Below are positions 19,888 through 28,818 of a DNA stretch of 64,000 nucleotides, piece after piece; the first letter of the stretch is position 1, and each line of letters begins with the position of its first letter. The stretch comes from Paracoccaceae bacterium (GTDB lineage Bacteria; Pseudomonadota; Alphaproteobacteria; Rhodobacterales; Rhodobacteraceae): positions 232 through 64,231 of the forward strand of contig JAFIEO010000051.1 in NCBI GenBank assembly GCA_020832445.1, read 5' to 3'. The notes beneath the pieces are model-generated. The model searched no databases, was not told the origin of the DNA, and saw only the letters and a program-made list of their open reading frames with translations. The position numbers and the translations under genes are program-made.

Positions 19888-21555
19888 ATGGACACGTCAG
19901 ATATCGTGATTTTCAACGCCCGCGTGTTGTCAATGGATGGACATCAGGCACGGGCCAGTGCTGTGGCCTTGGCCGCAGGCAAGGTGCTTGCTATTGGCAA
20001 CGATGCACAAATTCTGCCATTGGCCAAGGGTGGGGCGCGCGTGATCAACGCACATGGCCGTACGCTTTTGCCGGGGTTCATTGAAAGCCATCTGCATCTT
20101 TTCACTGGCGCGGGCGAGTTGGGGCATTTGCAGCTTCTTGGCATAGAAGGACATGACGCGCTGTGCCAAGCTGTGCGCGAATATGCTGCCAAACACCCGG
20201 AATTACCGGTTATTGTGGGGCAGGGGTGCGATTATGACGTGGTTGGCCGGTCCCTGACGCGGCATGATCTGGACGCAATACTGCCCGACCGCCCTGTCTG
20301 CGTGCTGGCGGCTGATCATCACACGGCGTGGGCCAATACACTTGCGTTGAAGCACGCAGGTATATTCGAAGGGCGCAGTCTGGGGCCGGGCAATGAAATT
20401 GTGATGGGTAATGATGGGCTGGCAATGGGCGAGTTGCGCGAATTTCAGGCCAAGGCCCCTGTCCTGGCGCTGGCTGGCGCGCATCGGATCATGGCCGGGC
20501 TGGCCACGGGCAAAGATCCCGACCCCTACCCCACCGCGCAGGAATTTGCTGCCGATTGCGGGATTATGGCGCAGGGTCTGGAGTATGCGGCACGTCTTGG
20601 ACTGACCAGCCTGACGAATATGGACGGCAATCCCTATACGTTGCGCATTCTTGAGCAGTTGCGCACCGAAGGGCGGCTGACTGCGCGCGTCAAGGTGCCG
20701 TTTCACTATGCCAGCGGTTGCACATTGCCTGATCTGGATATCGCAAGCCAGATGGCGCGGGACTATTGCGATGACTGGCTGTCATCGGGCTTTGTGAAGC
20801 TGTTTATGGACGGGGTCATCGACAGCGGCACTGCGGTCATGATCCATGACTACCCTGATCGCGCGGACTGGCGTGGAGAGCCGCTGTGGTCAGAGGCGGA
20901 ATTTGCCGCCATCGCCACCGAAGCCGACAGGCGGGGGCTTCAGATCGCTGTCCATGCCATAGGCGACGGGGCCGTGCGCCGCGTGCTTGATGGGTATGAA
21001 CACGCACGCGTGGCAAATGGCCCACGCGATTCCCGCCACCGGATTGAGCATATTGAACTGATCGACCCTGCCGATATCGCGCGACTGAAAGACCTTGGGG
21101 TCACAGCCTCGATTCAGCCCATCCACGCACCCGGTGCCAGTGATTTCGCCTTGCAGCCAACCATGAACAAGATCGGTCAGGCCCGTTGGGGCGATGCCTA
21201 TCTGCACCGCACGCTTGCAGATGCGGGGATTCCGCTGGCTTTTGCCAGTGACTGGCCCGTGGCCGACCTTAACCCGTTGCGCGGCATCCAGTCTGCCTTG
21301 CAGCGCCCCGTCTATGAAGGTGCCGCTGATGAACGCCTGCCCCTGCACGACATTCTGGCGGCATATACAACGGGGGGTGCCTATGCCACCCATAGCGAAA
21401 CCCGCAAGGGACAACTGCGCGCGGGCTATCTGGCCGATCTGGTTATCCTGAATGGCGATATCGAAGCGGCAACGCCAGCTGAAATTGGCGCAATGCAGGT
21501 CGACATGACAATCTGCGGCGGTCAGATCGTCTGGGAACAAGACAGCGCATTCTAA
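19888..21555 (+). CDS. Amidohydrolase-family (Amidohydro_3, TIM-barrel metal hydrolase) protein
   Basis: ORF 19846..21555 starts at TTG. I prefer ATG 19888 (MDTSDIVIFNARVLSMDG). Motifs GFIESHLHL, AVHAIGD and FASDWPV are typical of this family. Confidence 0.8.
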   Translation: MDTSDIVIFNARVLSMDGHQARASAVALAAGKVLAIGNDAQILPLAKGGARVINAHGRTLLPGFIESHLHLFTGAGELGHLQLLGIEGHDALCQAVREYAAKHPELPVIVGQGCDYDVVGRSLTRHDLDAILPDRPVCVLAADHHTAWANTLALKHAGIFEGRSLGPGNEIVMGNDGLAMGELREFQAKAPVLALAGAHRIMAGLATGKDPDPYPTAQEFAADCGIMAQGLEYAARLGLTSLTNMDGNPYTLRILEQLRTEGRLTARVKVPFHYASGCTLPDLDIASQMARDYCDDWLSSGFVKLFMDGVIDSGTAVMIHDYPDRADWRGEPLWSEAEFAAIATEADRRGLQIAVHAIGDGAVRRVLDGYEHARVANGPRDSRHRIEHIELIDPADIARLKDLGVTASIQPIHAPGASDFALQPTMNKIGQARWGDAYLHRTLADAGIPLAFASDWPVADLNPLRGIQSALQRPVYEGAADERLPLHDILAAYTTGGAYATHSETRKGQLRAGYLADLVILNGDIEAATPAEIGAMQVDMTICGGQIVWEQDSAF

Positions 21556-21567
21556 GCCCGCGGCGCG

Positions 21568-22677
21568 ATGAAAAGGACAGGCAAGGTGAGTCAGGAAATC
21601 GAGATCACAGGGTTGAACAAGTCCTTCGGACAGGGGGCGGCCGCGTTCCATGCGCTTCGCGCGATCGACCTGACCATCGCTACCGGGGAATTTTTTACGC
21701 TTCTTGGCCCTTCGGGTTGCGGCAAGACAACGCTGTTGCGCATCATTGCGGGGTTTGAAGAACCCAGCACAGGCGTGCTCAGAATTAATGGGAAGGACGT
21801 AACAGGGCTTGGCCCTGATAAACGGCCCATCAACACAGTGTTTCAGTCCTACGCACTGTTTCCGCATATGAGCGTGGCGCAAAATATAGGCTTCGGGTTG
21901 AAGATGTTGGGCAAACCGAAATCCGAGATCAAAGCGACCGTCGCCGAGATGTTGCAGCTGGTGCGTATGGAAGCGATGGCAGATCGCCTTCCTTCGGAAA
22001 TTTCGGGGGGTCAACAGCAGCGCGTGGCACTTGCGCGCGCGCTGGCACCGCGCCCGCGTGTGCTGCTGCTGGATGAACCGTTAAGCGCGCTTGATTTGAA
22101 GTTGCGCAAGGAAATGCAAAGCGAACTCAAGCGTTTGCAGACCGAGACAGGCATCACCTTTGTTTTTGTGACCCATGATCAGGAAGAGGCCCTGACCATG
22201 TCAGACAGGATCGCTGTCATGTCAGCGGGCGAGATTCTGCAACTTGGGCCGCCACAGGAAATTTACAACGCGCCGGTCAACCGCTTCGTGGCCGATTTCA
22301 TTGGCGACACCAATTTTCTGCGCCTGCGCCTGCGCGTGAAAGCTGTTGCCGCAGGCGAGGCAGTCTTGGAACTGCCAGGCGGAAAACAGGCATCCGCACG
22401 CCTGCCTGCAAGCATCAGCCCGCCGGTCGGGTCGCTTGTCACAGCGGTCATCCGGCCTGAACAGGCCGAACCCACGCCTGCCGGACAGGGCGAGATGCAG
22501 GCCGTTGTCGCGTCGGCGACCTTTTTTGGCACAGACACCCATCTGCATCTGTTGCTGGATGACGCGCAGGGCTTTGTGCTGCGTCGCCAGAACCGCCCCG
22601 ACCAGCCGTCCCCTGCACCGGGGACAAAGCTGGGCCTGACCTTCGCGCCCGGCGCGCTGCGTGTGCTGGAGGATTAA
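21568..22677 (+). CDS. ABC transporter ATPase, PotA/PotG (polyamine-type) family
   Basis: Walker [10 protein letters not shown], signature [14 protein letters not shown], Walker B LLLDEP, and a C-terminal TOBE-like domain. Confidence 0.9.
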   Translation: MKRTGKVSQEIEITGLNKSFGQGAAAFHALRAIDLTIATGEFFTLLGPSGCGKTTLLRIIAGFEEPSTGVLRINGKDVTGLGPDKRPINTVFQSYALFPHMSVAQNIGFGLKMLGKPKSEIKATVAEMLQLVRMEAMADRLPSEISGGQQQRVALARALAPRPRVLLLDEPLSALDLKLRKEMQSELKRLQTETGITFVFVTHDQEEALTMSDRIAVMSAGEILQLGPPQEIYNAPVNRFVADFIGDTNFLRLRLRVKAVAAGEAVLELPGGKQASARLPASISPPVGSLVTAVIRPEQAEPTPAGQGEMQAVVASATFFGTDTHLHLLLDDAQGFVLRRQNRPDQPSPAPGTKLGLTFAPGALRVLED

Positions 22678-22680
22678 GCG

Positions 22681-23571
22681 ATGCGCGGGCATGGATGGAA
22701 ATGGCTGCTTTGTACCCCTGCGTTGATCGTGCTTTTGCTGGCAGCGTCCGGCCCCTTGCTGATCGTGGCGGTGTATTCATTCCTCAGCCCCGGGAATATG
22801 GGCGGTGTGGTCTGGGATTTTTCCCTTGAAGCATGGTTTCGCGTGTTTTTCCGCCGCGACATTTTCGAACCTGATCAGGTAGAACTGAACACCGCGCACC
22901 TTCAGGTCTTCTGGCGGTCGGTCTGGCTGTCGCTGCAAACCACATTCATTTGTGCGTTCCTTGGCTTTCCGACGGCTTGGTTCATCGCAACCCGCCCCCG
23001 CCACACCCGCACCGTCTGGTTGTTCCTGATCACAATCCCCTTCTGGACCAACCTGCTGATCCGCACCTTCGCGATTCAGGAAATGATCCGCAACAATGGC
23101 ACAATCAATGCCGTGCTGCTCTGGACCGGTGTTATCGACAGTCCGATCCAGATGATGTTCACCGAATTTGCAGTGCTTCTGGGCATGGCCTATGTGTTCC
23201 TGCCCTTGATGGTCCTGCCGCTTTATGCCGCAATGGAGAAGATGGATTTCAGTCTGGTCGAGGCGGGCTATGATCTTTATGCAAGCCGGTTGAATGTGTT
23301 GTGGCATGTCATTTTGCCGCAAGTGAAGCCGGGGTTTATCGCAGGGTCCATCCTTGTTTTCATTCCTGCAATCGGGGCCTATGTCACCCCGCGCATTCTG
23401 GGGGGCGGGCGCACGATGATGCTGGGCAACCTGATCGCGTTGCAATTCGGGCAGGGGCGAAACTGGCCGCTTGGCGCGGCACTGGCGCTTTTGATGCTGG
23501 TCATGGTTGTGGGGGCGTTGATATTTTATCTTCGCGTCGTCGGCCGGAATGATGGGGTGCGCCGTGGCTAG
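22681..23571 (+). CDS. ABC transporter permease (PotB-like)
   Basis: Six-TM BPD-transporter permease with the EAGYDLYASRLNVLWHVILP (EAA loop) motif. Confidence 0.85.
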   Translation: MRGHGWKWLLCTPALIVLLLAASGPLLIVAVYSFLSPGNMGGVVWDFSLEAWFRVFFRRDIFEPDQVELNTAHLQVFWRSVWLSLQTTFICAFLGFPTAWFIATRPRHTRTVWLFLITIPFWTNLLIRTFAIQEMIRNNGTINAVLLWTGVIDSPIQMMFTEFAVLLGMAYVFLPLMVLPLYAAMEKMDFSLVEAGYDLYASRLNVLWHVILPQVKPGFIAGSILVFIPAIGAYVTPRILGGGRTMMLGNLIALQFGQGRNWPLGAALALLMLVMVVGALIFYLRVVGRNDGVRRG

Positions 23572-24370
23572 ATCGCGTTTTTCCATCACCCGACTGCCGG
23601 GCTTCGGGCTTATCGCAATCCTGACCTTTGTGATGTTGTATCTGCCGATCGTCATTCTGGTGGCGTTTTCCTTTAACGAAGGCATTTCGCAATCACGCTG
23701 GGAAGGGTTTTCACTGCAATGGTATCAGGCGGCGTTCAACAATTCGCAGGTGCGCGATGTGTCGCTGCGCTCGCTCTGGCTGGCCGTTACTGCAGCCAGC
23801 TTCGCGACGATCCTTGCAACGCTGGCCGCGCTTGGCACAACCCGTGTGGGCCGTTTTCCGGGCCAGACAATGATCTACGCCCTGATCAACCAGCCCCTGA
23901 TGGTGCCCGAAATCGTGACCGGTATTGCGCTTTTGATCTTCGTGGCCGCGATCAAGGTTCAGACCGGCTATACAGGCATGGGCTATCTGGTGGCCGCGCA
24001 TACCGCGTTTTGCATACCCTTTGCCTATCTGCCCATCCGCGCGCGGCTGGAAACGCTTGATCACGCGCTGGAAGCCGCTGCGGCAGATCTTTACGCATCA
24101 CCCATACAGGCGTTCAGGTATATTACGCTGCCCCTGATGGTGCCGGGCATTCTGGCAGGGTTCATGCTGGGGTTTGTCATTTCGCTTGATACGGTGGTGA
24201 TCACCGAATTCGTGAAATCTGCCGGACAGGACACGCTGCCCACCTACATGCTTGGCCAGCTTCGCCGGTCTGTCACCCCCGAAATGAACGCGATCGCCAC
24301 ACTGTTCCTCGCGCTGTCGCTGATGATTGTGACGGCCTTCTTCTTCATCACCCGCACGCGCGGGCGATGA
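23549..24370 (+). CDS. ABC transporter permease (PotC-like)
   Basis: EAAADLYASPIQAFRYITLP EAA loop. The start is uncertain because it overlaps the previous gene. Confidence 0.85.
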   Translation: MMGCAVARSRFSITRLPGFGLIAILTFVMLYLPIVILVAFSFNEGISQSRWEGFSLQWYQAAFNNSQVRDVSLRSLWLAVTAASFATILATLAALGTTRVGRFPGQTMIYALINQPLMVPEIVTGIALLIFVAAIKVQTGYTGMGYLVAAHTAFCIPFAYLPIRARLETLDHALEAAAADLYASPIQAFRYITLPLMVPGILAGFMLGFVISLDTVVITEFVKSAGQDTLPTYMLGQLRRSVTPEMNAIATLFLALSLMIVTAFFFITRTRGR

Positions 24371-24404
24371 GGGTTCCACCACCAACCACAGGGAGACGAT
24401 AACA

Positions 24405-25433
24405 ATGAAAAAAATAACAGGATGGGCCAGTGCGGCCCTGCTGGGCACCACAGCCCTTGCAAGCGCCGAAGGTGTCGTGAACCTTTACAACTGGGGGAAC
24501 TACACCAACCCCGAAATTCTGGAACGCTTCACTGCCGAGACGGGAATAGAGGTCACATTGACCGATTTCGACAGCAACGATACCGCACTTGCACGTATTC
24601 GTCAGGGCGGGCATGGCTTCGACATTGTCGTTCCATCAGACACTTATATCGACACATGGGTGTCCGAAGGGCTGTTTCAGCCGCTCGACCGCGAGATCGT
24701 CACCAATCTGGGCAATATCGCACCACAATGGGTGGATGTGCCATTTGATCCGGGCCGTGAATATACGGTTCCATGGGCCTGGGGGACAACAGGCGTGATT
24801 GTGGATACGTCGGTCTACAGCGGTGATATCAATAATATCGAGCTGATTATTGACCCGCCCGCCGAATTGCAGGGCCGGATCAATGTTATCCCGGAAATGT
24901 CCGATGTGATGGCGATGACGATCTATTATCATGGCGGTGAACGTTGCACGACCGACCGCGACACCTTGCGCGCCGTGCGCGATAGCCTGATGTCGGCCAA
25001 GCCGCATTGGCTGGCCCTAGATTACGGTGCGGTTGACAGCTATGCTGCGGGCGATTTTGCCGCAGGCATCTACTGGAACGGCGCATCAATGCGTGTGCGG
25101 CTGCAAAACGATAATTTCGCCTATGGCTACCCCGCGACCGGCTATCCGATCTGGATGGACAATGCAGCCGTGCTCGCCGATGCGCCGAACCCTGAAAATG
25201 CAATGAAGTTCATCAACTTTGTCTTGCAGCCCGAAATTGCCGCGCTGATTTCGAATTTTGCGCGCTACTCGAACGGGATCACCGGGTCTGAAGAGTTTAT
25301 GGATGCAGAAATGCGCAATGCGCCAGAGATCAATGTGCCTGCTGAACGGGCAGAAGCAGGGCGCTGGGGGCAGGCATGCCCGCAAGACGTGAACGATATC
25401 CATACCCAGATATGGACAGAACTCATGCAATAA
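24405..25433 (+). CDS. Periplasmic solute-binding protein, PotD/PotF (polyamine-type) family
   Basis: Signal peptide MKKITGWASAALLGTTALASA followed by EGVVNLYNWGNYTNPE, the typical PotD/F N-terminus. Confidence 0.85.
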   Translation: MKKITGWASAALLGTTALASAEGVVNLYNWGNYTNPEILERFTAETGIEVTLTDFDSNDTALARIRQGGHGFDIVVPSDTYIDTWVSEGLFQPLDREIVTNLGNIAPQWVDVPFDPGREYTVPWAWGTTGVIVDTSVYSGDINNIELIIDPPAELQGRINVIPEMSDVMAMTIYYHGGERCTTDRDTLRAVRDSLMSAKPHWLALDYGAVDSYAAGDFAAGIYWNGASMRVRLQNDNFAYGYPATGYPIWMDNAAVLADAPNPENAMKFINFVLQPEIAALISNFARYSNGITGSEEFMDAEMRNAPEINVPAERAEAGRWGQACPQDVNDIHTQIWTELMQ

Positions 25434-25542
25434 CCGGCACAGGGCATGTGGGCGATCTGCCTGCATGCTCTTGCATCTTGCACGACCAAACGCTGACCGG
25501 CGCTTGTATCGCAGACCTGACAGCGAGCGTGGTCTTGGGGTT

Positions 25543-25579
25543 CAGAAAATACAAAAACCTGTCAAACATGGACGGGTTT
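25543..25579 (-). terminator. Rho-independent terminator of tRNA-Lys
   Basis: Minus strand reads AAACCCGTC-catgttt-GACAGGTTT followed by TTGTATTTT, about 30 nt past the tRNA 3' end. Confidence 0.6.
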
Positions 25580-25610
25580 GTTGTCGCCGCACAGAAACAA
25601 TTTCATAAAA

Positions 25611-25686
25611 TGGTGAGCCGGACAGGATTCGAACCTGTGACCCGCTGATTAAAAGTCAGCTGCTCTACCAACTGAGCTACCGGCCC
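25611..25686 (-). tRNA. tRNA-Lys (anticodon UUU), CCA encoded
   Basis: Reverse complement is GGGCCGGTAGCTCAGTTGGTAGAGCAGCTGACTTTTAATCAGCGGGTCACAGGTTCGAATCCTGTCCGGCTCACCA. It folds as a cloverleaf: 7-bp acceptor stem with one G-U pair, GCTC/GAGC D stem, GCTGA/TCAGC anticodon stem with loop CTTTTAA, and ACAGG/CCTGT T stem with TTCGAAT. Confidence 0.97.
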
Positions 25687-25699
25687 ACACATGTCGGGC

Positions 25700-25728
25700 T
25701 ACTTAGAAAAGCGCGGTCGCCGGGTCAA
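25700..25728 (-). promoter_or_regulatory. Candidate sigma-70 promoter of tRNA-Lys
   Basis: Minus strand reads TTGACC-N17-TAAGTA, ending about 13 nt upstream of the mature tRNA 5' end. Confidence 0.5.
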
Positions 25729-25815
25729 GGACGAAATGCGCTTTTTGCACAGTAATTGGGATCAATGTTGAAATGATGTCTGGTCAGCGTGCCGCGCGCC
25801 TCTTATATCGCGGCC

Positions 25816-26649
25816 ATGATGGACATGAATACCCCCCTGGCCTTTGTCAAAATGCATGGCGCTGGCAATGATTTTGTCATTATCGACTCGCTGCACCGTG
25901 CGGGCGGGGTGATGACGGCTGCGTTGGCTGCCGCTATTGGCGACCGTCATCGCGGCGTGGGGTTTGACCAGCTGGCGGAATTGCGAATATCTGATGTCGC
26001 CGATCTGGACCTTGATTTCTGGAATGCGGACGGATCGCGTGCAGGGGCGTGCGGCAATGCAACGCGCTGTGTCGCGCATATGGTCATGGCGGCGCGCGGG
26101 CTGGACCGGCTGCGTATTCGCACCGCGCGCGGTGTGCTGATTGCCGAAAACCGGCAGGGGCAGATATGGGTGAATATGGGCGCGCCGCTGCTGGACTGGC
26201 AAGATATTCCGCTGGCGCAGGATTGTGACATTGACCATTTGCCGATTGACGGTGACCCCGCAGCCGTTGGCATGGGCAACCCGCATTGCGTTTTCTTTGT
26301 GGCCGACGCAGACAGCGCGCCCGTGGCCGAACAGGGGCGCAAGACTGAACACCACCCGCTTTTCCCGCAATCCACCAATGTGGAATTTGCCAGCGTGACG
26401 GCACCGGACCACCTGCGCCTGCGCGTGTGGGAACGTGGCACAGGTATAACGCTTGCCTGCGGGTCGGGGGCCTGCGCGAGCGCTGTGGCCGCGCACCGGC
26501 GCGGGCTGACAGGGCGGCAGGTGCGTATTGATGCGGATGGCGGGCAGTTGCTGGTTGACTGGCGCGACGATGGCGTGTGGCTGTCCGGCCCTGTGGCGCA
26601 TGTGTTTGACGCCACGCTGCCCGCTGAATTCCTTGCGGGTCTTGCATGA
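25816..26649 (+). CDS. dapF: Diaminopimelate epimerase
   Basis: ORF 25789..26649 starts at GTG. I prefer ATG 25816. [21 protein letters not shown] and ACGSGACA contain the two catalytic Cys motifs. Confidence 0.9.
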   Translation: MMDMNTPLAFVKMHGAGNDFVIIDSLHRAGGVMTAALAAAIGDRHRGVGFDQLAELRISDVADLDLDFWNADGSRAGACGNATRCVAHMVMAARGLDRLRIRTARGVLIAENRQGQIWVNMGAPLLDWQDIPLAQDCDIDHLPIDGDPAAVGMGNPHCVFFVADADSAPVAEQGRKTEHHPLFPQSTNVEFASVTAPDHLRLRVWERGTGITLACGSGACASAVAAHRRGLTGRQVRIDADGGQLLVDWRDDGVWLSGPVAHVFDATLPAEFLAGLA

Positions 26650-27899
26650 GCGCGCCTGTCTTTACCACATTGGGCTGCCGCCTGAACGCTTACGAGACTG
26701 AGGCGATGAAGGCCCTTGCCGAAGCCGCTGGCGTTAAAGGGGCCGTGGTGGTCAATACCTGCGCGGTCACCGCCGAAGCGGTGCGCAAGGCGCGGCAGGA
26801 AATCCGCCGCCTGCGCCGTGAACACCCGGATGCGCCGATTATCGTGACCGGATGTGCTGCGCAAACCGAACCCGAAACATTTGCCGCAATGCCCGAAGTG
26901 ACCCGCGTTATCGGCAACACCGAAAAAATGCAGGCCGCCACATGGGCGCAACTGACCCCTGATCTGATAGGGGCGACCGAACGCGTGCAGGTCGATGACA
27001 TTATGTCGGTGCGCGAAACCGCAGGCCATTTGATTGATGGGTTCGGCACGCGCGCGCGCGCCTATGTGCAGGTGCAAAACGGCTGTGACCATCGCTGCAC
27101 GTTTTGCATCATCCCGTTCGGGCGTGGCAATTCGCGGTCTGTGCCTGCGGGCGTGGTGGTGGAACAGATCAAGCGGCTGGTGGGCCAGGGGTATAACGAG
27201 GTGGTTCTGACAGGCGTGGATCTGACAAGCTGGGGCGCGGATTTGCCCGCAGCCCCGCGTCTGGGTGATCTGGTGCGCCGCATTCTGAAACTGGTGCCCG
27301 ATCTGGCCCGCCTGCGCATTTCGTCGATTGATTCGATCGAGGCCGACCCCGCGCTGATGGAAGCCATCGCGACCGAGGCCCGCCTTATGCCGCATCTGCA
27401 CCTGTCGTTGCAGGCGGGCGATGATATGATTCTGAAGCGCATGAAGCGCCGCCATCTGCGCGATGACGCGATCCGCTTTTGCGAAGATGCCCGCAGCCTG
27501 CGCCCTGATATGGTGTTTGGTGCGGACATCATTGCCGGCTTTCCCACGGAAACCGACGCGATGTTTGCCAATTCCCTGAAGCTGGTTGATGAATGCGGCC
27601 TGACATTCCTGCATGTGTTCCCCTTCAGCCCGCGCAAGGGCACGCCAGCGGCCCGCATGCCGCAACTGGGGGGCAAGACCATTCGTGACCGTGCCGCACG
27701 CCTGCGCGACGCAGGCGCGCGCGCCTGCGTCGCGCATCTGGCCGCCCAGCAGGGCAAGCGGCACCGTGTGTTGATGGAAAACCCCCATATGGGCCGCACA
27801 GAACAATTCACCGAGGTGGATTTTAAAACCCCGCAGCCCGTTGGCGCGATTGTGGATGTTGCGATCACCGGCAAAAGCGACACACGCCTTCTTGCCTGA
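26646..27899 (+). CDS. mtaB: tRNA methylthiotransferase MtaB (radical SAM, MiaB-like)
   Basis: ATGA overlap with dap[15 protein letters not shown] (UPF0004 domain), radical-SAM [11 protein letters not shown] and a C-terminal TRAM-like end. Confidence 0.85.
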   Translation: MSAPVFTTLGCRLNAYETEAMKALAEAAGVKGAVVVNTCAVTAEAVRKARQEIRRLRREHPDAPIIVTGCAAQTEPETFAAMPEVTRVIGNTEKMQAATWAQLTPDLIGATERVQVDDIMSVRETAGHLIDGFGTRARAYVQVQNGCDHRCTFCIIPFGRGNSRSVPAGVVVEQIKRLVGQGYNEVVLTGVDLTSWGADLPAAPRLGDLVRRILKLVPDLARLRISSIDSIEADPALMEAIATEARLMPHLHLSLQAGDDMILKRMKRRHLRDDAIRFCEDARSLRPDMVFGADIIAGFPTETDAMFANSLKLVDECGLTFLHVFPFSPRKGTPAARMPQLGGKTIRDRAARLRDAGARACVAHLAAQQGKRHRVLMENPHMGRTEQFTEVDFKTPQPVGAIVDVAITGKSDTRLLA

Positions 27900-27986
27900 C
27901 CCCCTTGCGCTTGCGCGGTGGCGCTGTAGCTTAGCGCGGCCAGTTTAAGGCTGGCTGCCAGTTTCCAACCTACAAGGACCAAACCC

Positions 27987-28451
27987 ATGACCAACGCTGT
28001 TGAAACCCGCCTGTCCGAACTTGGCCTGACCCTGCCGGACGCGCCTGCGCCTGCGGCCAATTATGTGCCGTTTGTTCAAAGCGGGGCGCTGGTTTTCGTG
28101 TCTGGCCAGATCAGTTCAGGCGCGGATGGTCTGATTCGCGGCAAGCTGGGCGCGGATCTTGACGTGGCCCAAGGGGCCGAGGCCGCAAAAGCCTGCGCGC
28201 TGGCGCTGATTGCGCAGCTGCGTGTTGCCTGTGGCGGGGATTTGTCGCGCCTGAAGCGCGTGGTCAAGCTGACGGGTTTTGTCAACAGCACGCCCGATTT
28301 CACCGACCAGCCCAAGGTTGTAAATGGCGCGTCAGACCTGATGGTTGCCGTGTTCGGTGATGCAGGCCGCCATGCCCGCGCCGCTGTGGGTGCACCGTCC
28401 CTGCCAATGGGCGTCGCGGTCGAGATTGAAGGCATTTTTGAAATCGCGTGA
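27987..28451 (+). CDS. RidA/YjgF-family protein
   Basis: 154 aa. LVFVSGQ...GKL...PARAAVG...LPMGVAVEIEGIFEI is typical of the YjgF/RidA fold. Confidence 0.8.
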   Translation: MTNAVETRLSELGLTLPDAPAPAANYVPFVQSGALVFVSGQISSGADGLIRGKLGADLDVAQGAEAAKACALALIAQLRVACGGDLSRLKRVVKLTGFVNSTPDFTDQPKVVNGASDLMVAVFGDAGRHARAAVGAPSLPMGVAVEIEGIFEIA

Positions 28452-28476
28452 CGCGACATGCTTTGGCGCGGCGCAC

Positions 28477-28520
28477 GGGGCGCAGGCCCGCCGCGCCACA
28501 GCCGTTCCGCGGCATCTGTC
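28477..28520 (+). repeat. Partial extra copy of the family A left arm
   Basis: GGGGCGCAGGCCCGCCGCGCCACAGCCGTTCCGCGGCATCTG matches GCAGGCCGCCGCGCCATCGGTGGGCCGTCCCGCGGCCTG of the full copy 100 bp downstream, apart from a short internal deletion. Confidence 0.6.
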
Positions 28521-28548
28521 AGATGGAACCACAAGGCGGGCGAATACT

Positions 28549-28778
28549 GCCCTTTTGCGGTCATCGGTATAGCGCCCAAGGCGCGGGGCAAAGGCCGCAG
28601 GCCGCCGCGCCATCGGTGGGCCGTCCCGCGGCCTGCCGATTTGGCCAGCGATATGCCAAGCGCTTGAAGTAAGGGATATGCAGCCTGCATAAACTGCATT
28701 CCTCAGATGTCGGATCGGCAGACCCCGGCCCACCGCCGGCGCGGGCTTTGTCCAAGCGCGGATGACCGCAAAAGGCCA
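28549..28778 (+). repeat. Family A palindromic intergenic repeat, copy A3
   Basis: Outer arms GCCCTTTTGCGGTCAT ... ATGACCGCAAAAGGCC. Inner arms GCGCCATCGGTGGGCCG...CTGCCGAT / ATCGGCAG...CGGCCCACCGCCGGCGC. Centre is ATGCAG-C-CTGCAT. Between convergent genes. Confidence 0.9.
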
Positions 28779-28818
28779 GCCCCCCAATCACGGTGCTTAA
28801 ACCTGATCGGATCACATT

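Noticed and set aside
25434-25790. tRNA-Lys as an integration site of a genomic island
   Set aside because: There is no integrase, and I could find no direct repeat of the tRNA 3' end. The flanking genes (polyamine-type ABC operon, dapF) look like core genes with normal GC.
25947-27806. 619-aa ORF antisense to dapF and mtaB
   Set aside because: It spans two well-supported genes on the other strand and crosses their junction. The composition is low-complexity Arg/Ala/Gly/Pro-rich, so it is an artefact.
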